Made by a program: the position numbers and the translations under genes
Source of the DNA: an uncultured archaeon
Lineage (GTDB): Archaea; Thermoproteota; Bathyarchaeia; TCS64
DNA length: 64,000 nt
NCBI GenBank assembly: GCA_938048735.1
Contig: CALIUM010000005.1
Location: forward strand, 5,525 to 69,524
Direction of reading: 5' to 3'
The notes under the pieces: model-generated
What the model was told of the DNA's origin: nothing
The model's input: only the letters and a program-made list of their open reading frames with translations
The model's database searches: none
Part shown: one piece after another, positions 1 to 9,451 of the stretch
Layout: each line of letters starts with the position of its first letter
How positions within the stretch are numbered: the first letter of the stretch is position 1

Positions 1-998
1 AATCTTGGAGAGTTTGAGGCCGTAAAAAACAGCAATAAATTCATTGAATCAGATTCACCTATCGCCGAGACTTGCCACGAGAGTTAGGATGCATTATTGG
101 GATGATATATAGAGGGCGAGAGAGATGAGGCTAAAGGTTGTCGCCGAATGACCAAAGGAGGTAGATCTTCAAAATGGATGGAAAGACCGCAAGGCCGTTT
201 TGGAAAACTTAAACCCCAATCGTATAGGTAGCTGAAAAATTGGGAGCCCATCCCAAAACAGTTTATGATGCAGTCCTCTAGAGTTACCAAAAAGAACTAT
301 CGCTAAATGAGTTGGCTGAGATCTTATTTCACGGTGAAGAAGAATTTTGCGTCTAACGTACTAATTTTCCTCGGAGTGTTATTGAGTCAGATGGAGGAGG
401 GCCAGATAAAAGATAAATATTGAATTGCAGTCGGAGAGTTCAAGTGGAAAAGTTACATTCCATTTGAACTAATCGAATACTTCCCGGAAAGTGAGAGGCG
501 GATACTCTGGGGCCTCACTCACAGCCTTCTTCCACGAGGTGGGTGAATGGAATGAGGAGCGCAAGATCATAAAAGTGAAGCTAGAAAAGAAGATCCTCAT
601 CTTCCTAGATCAACTCTATTGGAAGCTAATGGCGAAACTCAGTCACTACTAAGCCACGACTGCAAAACTTGGAGTTTCCTCTTCGGAGGCGGCGCTTTAT
701 GCTGTTTTTAAGGACAAGTTTCAATGTAAAAACGAGACCCCCCTAGGATTTTGATGTCCCGGATTCCCACAAGCTCTGATCCTATGGGTTCCCGGCTATA
801 ATGGGCTGGGATGATCACCACTCCCCGAGAGGTTCCACCAGCGCTTCTTCACCGGCACGGCCTTTTCAACCTTCACCTATAACGTCGACCTCTCCGTTAA
901 AGGATTTTTACCATTATTGGTGAGGCTCGCCCGGGAGGACCTCAAGATCCGCCGGTTCCTAATCCTCCTACTCGAGGATTAGGGAGAACCCTTAAAGG

Positions 999-1076
999 TG
1001 GCGGGCCCGGTGGGATTCGAACCCACGACCTCAGACTTAGGAGGTCTGCGCCCTATCCTGGCTGGGCAACGGGCCC
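999..1076 (-). tRNA. tRNA-Arg (anticodon CCU), 3' CCA genomically encoded
   Basis: The reverse complement folds as a canonical cloverleaf: acceptor GGGCCCG/CGGGCCC, D-stem GCCC/GGGC, anticodon stem CAGAC/GUCUG with loop CUCCUAA, T-arm GUGGG-UUCGAAU-CCCAC, discriminator G followed by CCA. Confidence 0.85.
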
Positions 1077-1182
1077 AAGAAGAAGTATATCTAACGTATT
1101 TTTAACCTATTCGGAAGCCGTATTCTAGAAGGGGCTTTTAGAGATATATTTTTGAGGAGCTTATGGGTTCTCTCTTTCTTGA

Positions 1183-1286
1183 GCGGGGGTTCCCGAGACT
1201 GGCCAAAGGGGCGAGACTTAAGATCCTGAGCTCGGGAAGAGATCTCGTGGCTTAGGCCTTCGTGGGTTCGAGTCCCACCCCCCGCA
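1183..1286 (+). tRNA. tRNA-Leu (anticodon UAA) with a ~19 nt intron after position 37
   Basis: Acceptor GCGGGGG/CCCCCGC, anticodon stem CGAGA/UCUCG, loop CUUAAG|intron|A, long variable arm UGGCUUAGGCCUUC (class II), T-arm GUGGG-UUCGAGU-CCCAC, discriminator A. The intron sits at the canonical archaeal 37/38 site. Confidence 0.8.
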
Positions 1287-1464
1287 CTAGGGCTATGGGA
1301 GATAATAAACCTAGTGACAACGGATAAAACCATTACTATTTAGAGTCTAACTCGTTTAATTCTTATGTTTACATTCTTTTTGTATAAAAATCAATCAATT
1401 TTTATTTGTGCTTAAGAGTTTTGCTGCTAAAAATATGTGCGTACCTGAAATTAGGCCACTTTCT

Positions 1465-2307
1465 TTATTTACCCATTTTTCTTAGGATGACTATTGGTGA
1501 ATGGTTGACCCTTTCCAGCATCTCCCATGTCACCTGGGATGGGCCGACGCCGAACCTCTCACCCATATCCCAAACTGTTCTCCCAGCCCCATGTCCTCTA
1601 ATCCTGTGAGCCAAATCGGCGAGCTCCAGTGCAAGGTCTGGGTTCAGGTCTTCACCGGAGAGGGCGAGGGGAGTGGCCCTAGCCTTAAACCCCAACATCC
1701 TCCCTATTAAGAAGGTGAGGAGACCTCCAATATGGATGAGGCCAGGTATCTCCACCCTCCTCGGGGCTAGGTGGAGGTTTCTCCAAGAGTAAGTTGTATC
1801 TCCATCCACGATCATCACCGAGAGGCTCAAGCCCGTTGAGGATATAAGGGCATTCCTTATCCTCTCGGCTTCTCTGGAAGGCCTCTTGAGAGGGAGACTT
1901 ACCAGGCTGTAGGGGAGGTTGCTCGCATCGATCCCCCCCTCGGAGTAGTGCCTTAGGGCCTGGAGGAGGCCGACATATCGAATCGCCAACTGCTTATGAA
2001 TCGCCCCCTCCTCGAATGGATATCCTCTGAGCCTTATTATGGTCTTTTCCCTCAGCCTTGTAAGCCTTCCTAGGGGCCCTCCCCAGATCCTCCTCATCCA
2101 AAAACCCGCGATGAGCCTCGCAACCCTTCCAGCCTTGACCCTCGATTCATCTATGAGGAGTCCTGAGGCGGTTGAGATAGCCTTCTCCGAGACCGTGACG
2201 ATGTCCCCATCTCGAACGAGGCCCCTCACCGCCTCAACTATCTCCCCGAGGTGGTCGGTTCCGGGCCTCCAGTAGTCCGTCTTCACCCTAATGACCTTGA
2301 ACTTCAA
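1465..2307 (-). CDS. cofE: coenzyme F420-0:L-glutamate ligase (CofE family)
   Basis: 280 aa ORF with motifs shared with archaeal CofE (VTVSEKAIS, GGIDASN, MIVDGD). Confidence 0.7.
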   Translation of the reverse strand: MKFKVIRVKTDYWRPGTDHLGEIVEAVRGLVRDGDIVTVSEKAISTASGLLIDESRVKAGRVARLIAGFWMRRIWGGPLGRLTRLREKTIIRLRGYPFEEGAIHKQLAIRYVGLLQALRHYSEGGIDASNLPYSLVSLPLKRPSREAERIRNALISSTGLSLSVMIVDGDTTYSWRNLHLAPRRVEIPGLIHIGGLLTFLIGRMLGFKARATPLALSGEDLNPDLALELADLAHRIRGHGAGRTVWDMGERFGVGPSQVTWEMLERVNHSPIVILRKMGK

Positions 2308-2640
2308 GAGGAAACCTCCTCCCCCTTTTTCTTAGTTTAGGGTTCACGGCCTCCAATCTAGACTTGATTTAGCCAAACTGCCCAATTGTACCATCATCTA
2401 GTTTAGATGAAGGCCTCTAGGATTTAACACGTACTGGGAGATGAGGGCTGAATGATCTAAATATGAAAAACAGCTGTTTTGGAACAATAATCTGTTCATT
2501 TATTAATCAAGACTTTTATTCTTGGATATGTTTTAACTCCTAGATAGCTTCCTGTTGTAAACATTATTAAGTTCATTATAATAGCACCTATTGTGGGGTT
2601 CTCCGACCAAGGTAAGAATAGCGTGGTGGAGATGAGCCAT

Positions 2641-2889
2641 CTACCCAAGCCTATCTTCAACCCCTCTTTTACCTCTTGACATCCGGTCTTTAAAGAGATG
2701 ATCATGGTGGAGGTGAGCCCCCCCTAGGAAGAAGAAACCAAACTGTAGGATAGATAAGATGAACTGGAAATGAACAGGCGCCTCGTAGAACCTCAAATTG
2801 CTTGATAGTTGCAACCAGGCCCAGACGAATAAGGCTGCTATGAAGGAGCCAACAACAAGGTCGGTGAAATCAATTTGTCCGGAGTTCAA
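2641..2889 (-). CDS. small hydrophobic membrane protein (hypothetical; possibly a fragment)
   Basis: 82 aa ORF, predominantly hydrophobic. It lies in series with two further small membrane ORFs, so a frameshifted single gene cannot be excluded. Confidence 0.3.
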   Translation of the reverse strand: MNSGQIDFTDLVVGSFIAALFVWAWLQLSSNLRFYEAPVHFQFILSILQFGFFFLGGAHLHHDHLFKDRMSRGKRGVEDRLG

Positions 2890-2943
2890 ATCGCCGTTTC
2901 TCCCTGAATGGGGTATAAAAAAGGGGAGGGTTAAGGAGATCCT

Positions 2944-3216
2944 CTATTGGGGCGCTCTGGGTTCTCTCCTCATCCTGAGGTAGTCACTTAGTAAGAGGGT
3001 TGCAAGGATGACTATGGCTATGGAGGCGAAGGAGGGGGGATGGCTGAGGAGGTTTCGGGCTTGGCCTATCAGGAGGGCCATCCTAGTCATGACGGTGTCG
3101 CCGTAGGCAGCGCCGAAGCCTGCCATCATAGTATAACGGGCAATTATAGAGGTGTACTTGAGGGGCCCCCTATGCTCCAATGTGAAATAGAAGTATAGGA
3201 GAACCGTGAGGACCAT
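2944..3216 (-). CDS. small hydrophobic membrane protein (hypothetical)
   Basis: 90 aa ORF with 2-3 predicted TM segments, same strand and context as its neighbours. Confidence 0.3.
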   Translation of the reverse strand: MVLTVLLYFYFTLEHRGPLKYTSIIARYTMMAGFGAAYGDTVMTRMALLIGQARNLLSHPPSFASIAIVILATLLLSDYLRMRREPRAPQ

Positions 3217-3244
3217 TATTACGATCAGGATGTTATTGAATGTG

Positions 3245-3667
3245 TCAAGGGGGGGTCTTCGCCACGAGTGGTATGAATGTGGCCCTTATCTGATGGAGGA
3301 ACTGGGCGAAGACCATGGTCCTCAGAGATAGACCTATGTATGTGCCGACCGCTACGGATAATGGAATCCTATATAGCCAGAAATATTTCTTCGAGAACCT
3401 GAAGTACCATAGCAATCCCACTAGTAAGGCTAATGAGAATAGGATTATCTTGGTTGAGGTTAGAGACCATATTGTCCGCCATTGGCTGAGCAGCCAGTCG
3501 AGGTTGAAGCCGATCGTATAGGCCGTTGCGACACCGAGGTAAGTGGCCTCGGCGAACCTGAACCATGGGTTCTCCTTATATGTGAAGCTGAATATGCAGA
3601 GAAGGAAGAAGGCGGTGAACCAGGGACCCAGAGCCGTTATCACGCCGGCTATCCAATCCGTGACCAT
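3245..3667 (-). CDS. integral membrane protein (hypothetical, ~4 TM)
   Basis: 140 aa, strongly hydrophobic with aromatic-rich helices. No recognisable family. Confidence 0.45.
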   Translation of the reverse strand: MVTDWIAGVITALGPWFTAFFLLCIFSFTYKENPWFRFAEATYLGVATAYTIGFNLDWLLSQWRTIWSLTSTKIILFSLALLVGLLWYFRFSKKYFWLYRIPLSVAVGTYIGLSLRTMVFAQFLHQIRATFIPLVAKTPP

Positions 3668-3675
3668 AAATCCAC

Positions 3676-4533
3676 CTACCTTTTACCCTTAGCTCGGGTG
3701 AAAAAGTAGCCTAGGTTGCCTACGACCACGAAGAGGATGACCAAGATATGGGTCGTGGAGAGGGGATCCTGCTGGGCTAGGGCAACTCCTCTCCTCCCCA
3801 CGAGAAGCTCATACTCCGCGGCGCTTCTCAGCCCGGCTATGAAGGCCTTCACCTGACCTGCATTATAGTATGGCGCTACCTCAGGCACGGACACCCCGAG
3901 GGCCCCTAGGATATAGGGTATTCCGTAGGGGGCGATCCACTGCCTCACCCACTCAGGGTTTCCAGGAGTTCTACTTTGAATGCTTATAAGGAGGTCGAAG
4001 TCCTTGGCTCCACTAACCCCCTTCATGATCTCATACGTCTCCAAAGGTTTCTTGTTTATGTAATCCGCTGGGAAAGCCTTGTAGACATCGGATGCGAATT
4101 GAGCCATCCCCACCTCCCTCATCGGGTTGTAGCCCATGTGGATGTAGTCCCTCCCGTAGACCTTGCCATAATTCTTTTCAGGATTGAGGGCCCTGATATC
4201 ATCGGCTGCTATGTCTGAACCGGCCTCCCAGAAGGAGCAGATGTAGACCTTGACATCCTTCGAGAGCAGGTGGTGTAGGGTCGCGATCGTCATGGGGCCG
4301 AGCTCGTGTAATCCTGCGAAGCTGAGATCATAGCTTAGAATTACCTTACTGCCAGGTTTAAGGCCATCTATGACCTTGAAGTATTCCCTTGTTCCTGTCG
4401 AGATCGATATGGGGAGGCCTATCGGGCTGATCAGAGGCCACAGGATGACTATCCATAGGAGGAGGTATATGATCCGGGAGTCCACTTCCTGAAGTCTCTC
4501 CCACACACTTTTCTTCCCCGTTCCAGCCTGCAT
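3676..4533 (-). CDS. membrane-anchored protein with large extracytoplasmic domain (hypothetical)
   Basis: 285 aa with an N-terminal TM, a ~200 aa soluble domain and a C-terminal TM. It is operon-coupled to the neighbouring membrane ORFs. Confidence 0.5.
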   Translation of the reverse strand: MQAGTGKKSVWERLQEVDSRIIYLLLWIVILWPLISPIGLPISISTGTREYFKVIDGLKPGSKVILSYDLSFAGLHELGPMTIATLHHLLSKDVKVYICSFWEAGSDIAADDIRALNPEKNYGKVYGRDYIHMGYNPMREVGMAQFASDVYKAFPADYINKKPLETYEIMKGVSGAKDFDLLISIQSRTPGNPEWVRQWIAPYGIPYILGALGVSVPEVAPYYNAGQVKAFIAGLRSAAEYELLVGRRGVALAQQDPLSTTHILVILFVVVGNLGYFFTRAKGKR

Positions 4534-4583
4534 CCCCTACTCAACCTCCCCTCAAGTATCCCCTCTCTCTTCCTATGAGGGTT

Positions 4584-5195
4584 CTAGCCCCTAGGGCTAG
4601 GGCTCCGAGGGCTGCTCCAATGACGTTCGCTCTCATCGTCGACATGTTCGGAACGTCGAAGATCCATTTTCTTATCGGCGTGAAGCCTGGGCCATATCGC
4701 GGTCCCTATCGGTGCGTTGGCGAGCATGACTAGGGTTCCTGAGAGGAGCAGTACGCCGGCCTCGAGTGTTCTGGCCCTGAAGGCCCTGTAGGCGGCTGAG
4801 GCTATCCAGAACCCAAGGGATGCGTACATCGCCCCGCTCAGGGGGGTCAACACATAAAGCCTTATCGCTTCGAATAGCTTTGTCCCCTTCCCTAGGCCAA
4901 GTGCTGGGATGGGTATTCCAATCAAGGTGTACCCGATCATGGTTATCAGGATCCATGCACTCCAGTACCATCCCCTCCTCCTCTGGGATGCTATACGCCC
5001 ATGCAGCATCAGGAGGGTAGTGAAGCCTATGAAGAGGGCGAAGGTCTCCATCACGGCATCCCAGTCCACGAAGTCCTTTGCAGCTGACTCCCATGCTGGA
5101 ACCACCACGAAGTATGGGACCAGCTGGAAGAGGCAGAAGACAGCGGTCAGGATTATCGGGATCTCAACCCTCCTATACCACGCCATCTCGATCAC
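4584..5195 (-). CDS. integral membrane protein (hypothetical, ~5 TM)
   Basis: 203 aa hydrophobic ORF. Its start overlaps the stop of the upstream ORF by 4 nt (ATGA coupling). Confidence 0.5.
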   Translation of the reverse strand: MIEMAWYRRVEIPIILTAVFCLFQLVPYFVVVPAWESAAKDFVDWDAVMETFALFIGFTTLLMLHGRIASQRRRGWYWSAWILITMIGYTLIGIPIPALGLGKGTKLFEAIRLYVLTPLSGAMYASLGFWIASAAYRAFRARTLEAGVLLLSGTLVMLANAPIGTAIWPRLHADKKMDLRRSEHVDDESERHWSSPRSPSPRG

Positions 5196-5719
5196 CAGCT
5201 TAATATCTTCGTTAAGATATCCGAGCCTGCCGTGACGAATATGACCCCTAGGAGGATGAGTACGATGCCTAGGAGCTTCCCCATGTCTTGGCCCGCTAGG
5301 CTTCCGATCATCTCAGCATCCTTTGAGAGGTAGGCCCCAGCGCAGAAGATCTCCTCCCCTATTAGTGCATAGTCACAGGCTGCGACGAAGAAGGGGATCT
5401 GATGGATGTTGGCGGTCCCTCCAACCTGGATCGTTCCTATTCTAGCCCCAGTCTCGGCGAGCTGAAGGGACTCAGCCCAGTAGGCACCCACCATTATGTT
5501 GGCAGCCGCCCTCTCCCTCCACATCCAGCCCATATAGTTGGAGGAGAATCCGAACTGATCAGAGGAGAGGTATCTCACCTGTTCTGTTGGGTTGAAGTCT
5601 TCCGGGCGGCCGGCCTTTTTATATCCTGTCTCAGCGAGCTCGACTGCTATGGGCCATATGACCAGTTGCCTGACTGGGACATAGAGCCTCGTCCCAAGCT
5701 CCGCGCACTTCTCAGCCAC
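5192..5719 (-). CDS. hypothetical protein with soluble N-terminal domain and C-terminal TM helix
   Basis: 175 aa ORF. It is the first gene of a co-directional cluster located 212 bp downstream of cooC. Confidence 0.5.
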   Translation of the reverse strand: MAEKCAELGTRLYVPVRQLVIWPIAVELAETGYKKAGRPEDFNPTEQVRYLSSDQFGFSSNYMGWMWRERAAANIMVGAYWAESLQLAETGARIGTIQVGGTANIHQIPFFVAACDYALIGEEIFCAGAYLSKDAEMIGSLAGQDMGKLLGIVLILLGVIFVTAGSDILTKILSW

Positions 5720-5931
5720 ATAGCTCAGGACTCCAAGGCCCGCGATGGTCTGGGGGCCGTAGGTAGCACCTGCCAGACTGTAGTACAGCCATATTTCCCT
5801 TACCCAATATATAGAAGTTATTATAAATAAATAAAGCTTTTCTCTGGGTTGACCCTCTCAGGATTGAGGTTGAACGATGTCAGAAGAGTGGAAAAGATAG
5901 AATCATAAATTTCTATTTAAACAAATTATAT

Positions 5932-6729
5932 TCAGAATTTATAGCGTTCTTTTAGATACTCCTTGAGATTTGAGATTGATGCAATCGCTGGGGACCTGTC
6001 ATCTATGTCTAATGGTGATCTACCTTTGAGATCCGCCTCCACGACCACTGGGTCGTAGGGGATGTAGGCGGCTATTGGTATATCCGCCTCCCTCACGCTC
6101 TCCTCGATGAACCTCCTCTCATCATCGCTCCTAATCTTGTTCCCCACAGCGAGAACTTCCCTGATCTCAAGCTCGGAGGCCAGCCTCCTTATCCTTCTGA
6201 GGGTCTCTATGGACTTCATCCCAGGCTCGACTACGACGAGCATGGAGTCCATCCTCCGCGTCGTCCCTCTCCCAAGGTGCTCAAGCCCAGCCTCCATATC
6301 CATTATGACTATCTCCCTCCTCTGGATGAGGAGGTGCTGCATCAGAACCCTCAAGAGGGCGTAGGCTGGGCACATACAACCCTTATCCGCAGCCCTTACA
6401 GTCCCCATCACCAGCAGCTTCACACCGTCCGGGCCGACCACCCCGAACCTGTCAACTATGTCATTAACCGTTGGGGTCATCCTGAATATCACCCCATAAG
6501 ATGATCCGGGAGGGAACCCAGTCCTCTCCTCTATCAGTTTGGAGTTCTCCGACAGGGGGATGATCCCCTCCGCCTCCTCCCTGGGTATCCCTAGGCTTGA
6601 GGCGAGGTTGATGTTCGAATCCGCATCCACAGCTAGGACATTATACCCTTCCCTCGCCAGGAGCCTGGCTAGGGTCGCGGCTATGAAGGTCTTCCCAACT
6701 CCCCCCTTGCCTGCTACTGAGAGCTTCAA
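5932..6729 (-). CDS. cooC: CO dehydrogenase/ACS nickel-insertion ATPase (CooC/AcsF family)
   Basis: Deviant Walker A GKGGVGKT at the N-terminus and the CooC-specific metal-binding CMCP motif. It is the last gene of the cdh operon. Confidence 0.85.
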   Translation of the reverse strand: MKLSVAGKGGVGKTFIAATLARLLAREGYNVLAVDADSNINLASSLGIPREEAEGIIPLSENSKLIEERTGFPPGSSYGVIFRMTPTVNDIVDRFGVVGPDGVKLLVMGTVRAADKGCMCPAYALLRVLMQHLLIQRREIVIMDMEAGLEHLGRGTTRRMDSMLVVVEPGMKSIETLRRIRRLASELEIREVLAVGNKIRSDDERRFIEESVREADIPIAAYIPYDPVVVEADLKGRSPLDIDDRSPAIASISNLKEYLKERYKF

Positions 6730-6812
6730 AGGGTTTCACCCATTCCTACTGGCCTCTCAGAGGTCGAATATCAAGAACTTAATTTTAACTTAAGGAGGAG
6801 GAAGGAGGTTTT

Positions 6813-8225
6813 TCACTCCGTTTCAGGCTTCCAGTTTTCACTCAAGAACTTTGGGATGCCTGAGGAGTCTAGGGGGCCGACCATGGCCTTCCATCCAGAG
6901 AGCTCCTCCACCTCCCCACTTATCCTAGCCGCCCTCCCTGGGAGGATTAGCTTCCTGTGCTTCACGATTTCCCCCACCTTGAAGTTCTTCAGGGCCTCTG
7001 CGACCGTATCAGCCGTCATCTTCCTCCCCGCTATCGCGCTCTCAACTGATAGGCCCTCGGTGTCCACCACTACCAGGTGGCAGTCTATCTTGGCTGAGTC
7101 CAGGTCGGATGCGACGGTGTAATATGTCAGGGCGAAGTTGGAGGTGAGGAGGACTGGGGAAAGCTCGTTGGGGGAGCCGAACCTCCTTACCCCAGGTTCC
7201 ACGGACACGGGCTTCCTGGGATCGGTGTAAATGTTCTGCCTCAGGATGACTAAGGGGAGGAGGGCCCACCCGCTGATGCTGTGCATTATCAGGGCGTCGG
7301 CATACCGAACTATCAGGGCCGCGGCAAGCATCGCCTCATTCCACTCGTTTATAACAGGGTCCTCGGCCTCCTCTCCCCAGACCGTTATGGGGGTTCCCAG
7401 GAGGGGGAATCCCAGTAGGTCGTCCCCCTTATCGATCGCTGCGATCCTCAATGCCGTGAAGTTGTTCAGGGTCTCTGGGAGACCCTCAGATCCTAGGGTT
7501 CCCGGATCTAGGACTATGTCCTTGACACCATACTCCAGGAGGGTCTTTACTATGGATTTCAATCCATTAAGGTCGAAGGGGGATGAGGCCACGAGGGGGC
7601 AGCCGTACATGATGGCCAGTTCTGCCATCTCCCTCCAGTTGTCCTTGGTCGCTGCGTAGATGAGGGGCCTCTTATCCGGGACTGCTGCCAATCCCTGCTC
7701 CATAACAGTCGGGTCTAGGGAGCATAGGATGAGGGGCATCTTAGAGGCCTCCCAAGCCTTCCTTACAGCTGCTTCGAATCTACTTGGATCGTTTGATGTT
7801 GACCTTATGGCAAGCATGTCCAGCTTCAGCTTCATACCTATATACTCGTACTCGAACTCCCTCACGGCCTTTATCCTGGCTTCCATCTCCTCCTCCTCCA
7901 TCTCGTCGCTCAGGTCTATGGCTATGACGGTTGGGTGGAAGTAGGTCAGCTCATGGCGGTAGACGACGTATTCCCCTCCAAGGGTCACCTTTCCATCTCC
8001 CACCCCCACCTCCACGGCCCTTATCGGGGGCCTTAGGAGGCCCCATAACTTATCGTATAATGGCTTATTCTTTGGGTCCATGAGGGGGGGGCACTTCTCC
8101 AGTGGAACCTCCCTGTTGACCAGCCTCGTGGCGAAGGCCATGCAGTTGGTCTCCCCGCACTCCTTACAGTTGGTTCTTGGGAGGAGCTTGTAGACATCTA
8201 TTGGGCTCAGCTCCTTAGCCGGCAT
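6813..8225 (-). CDS. cdhE: acetyl-CoA decarbonylase/synthase gamma subunit (corrinoid Fe-S protein large subunit)
   Basis: N-terminal 4Fe-4S motif CKECGETNCMAF, 470 aa, in operon position after cdhD. Confidence 0.9.
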   Translation of the reverse strand: MPAKELSPIDVYKLLPRTNCKECGETNCMAFATRLVNREVPLEKCPPLMDPKNKPLYDKLWGLLRPPIRAVEVGVGDGKVTLGGEYVVYRHELTYFHPTVIAIDLSDEMEEEEMEARIKAVREFEYEYIGMKLKLDMLAIRSTSNDPSRFEAAVRKAWEASKMPLILCSLDPTVMEQGLAAVPDKRPLIYAATKDNWREMAELAIMYGCPLVASSPFDLNGLKSIVKTLLEYGVKDIVLDPGTLGSEGLPETLNNFTALRIAAIDKGDDLLGFPLLGTPITVWGEEAEDPVINEWNEAMLAAALIVRYADALIMHSISGWALLPLVILRQNIYTDPRKPVSVEPGVRRFGSPNELSPVLLTSNFALTYYTVASDLDSAKIDCHLVVVDTEGLSVESAIAGRKMTADTVAEALKNFKVGEIVKHRKLILPGRAARISGEVEELSGWKAMVGPLDSSGIPKFLSENWKPETE

Positions 8226-8238
8226 CTATCACCACCTC

Positions 8239-9447
8239 CTATATCCTTAGTCCAACCCACTCGATGGGCCTCTCGGGTGTGCTCTTCTTCATCAGGTTGT
8301 CTATCATCATCTTTATCGCCTTCACCGAGGCCGGATGCATCATCATGAAGTAGTCGACCCCGGCTAGGAGGAGGGTCTCGGCGGTTATCGCCTCCCATAG
8401 AGGTCCCCTCAGCTCCCTTGGAGCCCACGTTGGTCCAAGCTGCATCCAAGCCTCCCTCGCCGCCCAAGCATTCGTCGCCCCTGAAGAGATTGGATGGTTG
8501 AGCTCTGGATCTCCCTTGAGCGCAGCTAGACGTGCCCTCTCCATCACGGTGAAGGCGTAGTCGAGGCCGTAGCCCAACGCGGCGGTGGTTGTGTCCATGA
8601 CTATGTGCTCCTTTGGCATATACTCGTAGAGCTTCCTGTTCAGCTCCCTGGCCTTGTTCACGTCCATCGATGTGAAGGCTATAACCCTGTGGCCGTGCTC
8701 CTCCACAACCCTCGCTGTGGCCTCAATATCCATATCAAGGGTTACTGAGCCGAATAGGATTCGCTCCCCTTCAGTAGCCTCGGCGACTGCCCTGAAGACC
8801 TCCAGATCCTTCTTAGGATCCCCGCAGCCACCTACGGCTATAGGAACTTCTACGGCCTGGAGCACCTCCTCAATGGTCTTCACAGCCTCTTTGGGAGGGG
8901 TGTCCTTTATCAGGGGGTCTATGCTCAGGAGGTGGACGTTCACCATCTCCGCCCCAAACCTCTCCACCGAGAGCCTCGCCCACTCAGCAGGGTCGTGGAG
9001 GACCTCCCCGACATGCATCTTAACAGCCCTCGGAAGCCTGACCTCTGGATAGTCGAAGACGTCTAGGGCTATAACCGGTCTGTGTGGGGTCTCTTGGAGG
9101 AATGAGTAGTAGGCAGGGGCCCTCTCCCCACCTATGATTAATGTTCTAGCCCTGCTTCCACCCTCTGCCCTAGTTGCTCCAAGTTCAACCTCCACAATAA
9201 CGCCCGGATACTCCTCAACTGGGAGTCGGAACTCGGCCTCTAGGAGGGATGTGGGCTTGGCCTTCACAGGTGCCTCCACCGGTGCTTTCGGAGCTTGAAC
9301 CATAAACGAACCTGGGCTCAGGCTCAGCTCCAGCTCCTCAAAGTCTATCTCCACATCCTCCAGCTCAACCTCCTGCAGCTTGGCGAGAGCCTCCAGTATA
9401 TCTAGACCTATTGGGAGGGGTTGGTCCTTCTTCCTAGCCTCAAACAT
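8239..9447 (-). CDS. cdhD: acetyl-CoA decarbonylase/synthase delta subunit (corrinoid Fe-S protein small subunit)
   Basis: 402 aa TIM-barrel-like CdhD/AcsD homolog, positioned between cdhC and cdhE. Confidence 0.85.
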   Translation of the reverse strand: MFEARKKDQPLPIGLDILEALAKLQEVELEDVEIDFEELELSLSPGSFMVQAPKAPVEAPVKAKPTSLLEAEFRLPVEEYPGVIVEVELGATRAEGGSRARTLIIGGERAPAYYSFLQETPHRPVIALDVFDYPEVRLPRAVKMHVGEVLHDPAEWARLSVERFGAEMVNVHLLSIDPLIKDTPPKEAVKTIEEVLQAVEVPIAVGGCGDPKKDLEVFRAVAEATEGERILFGSVTLDMDIEATARVVEEHGHRVIAFTSMDVNKARELNRKLYEYMPKEHIVMDTTTAALGYGLDYAFTVMERARLAALKGDPELNHPISSGATNAWAAREAWMQLGPTWAPRELRGPLWEAITAETLLLAGVDYFMMMHPASVKAIKMMIDNLMKKSTPERPIEWVGLRI

Positions 9448-9451
9448 GAGG

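Noticed and set aside
1091-1333. 80 aa ORF on the minus strand from the six-frame track
   Set aside because: It lies entirely across the two tRNA genes (tRNA-Arg and tRNA-Leu) and their spacer, so it is a chance ORF.
4672-5094. 140 aa minus-strand ORF overlapping the 203 aa membrane ORF (and 4909..5235, 5402..5830 on plus)
   Set aside because: Alternative-frame overlaps with Arg/Pro-rich low-complexity translations. The hydrophobic frames are the plausible genes.
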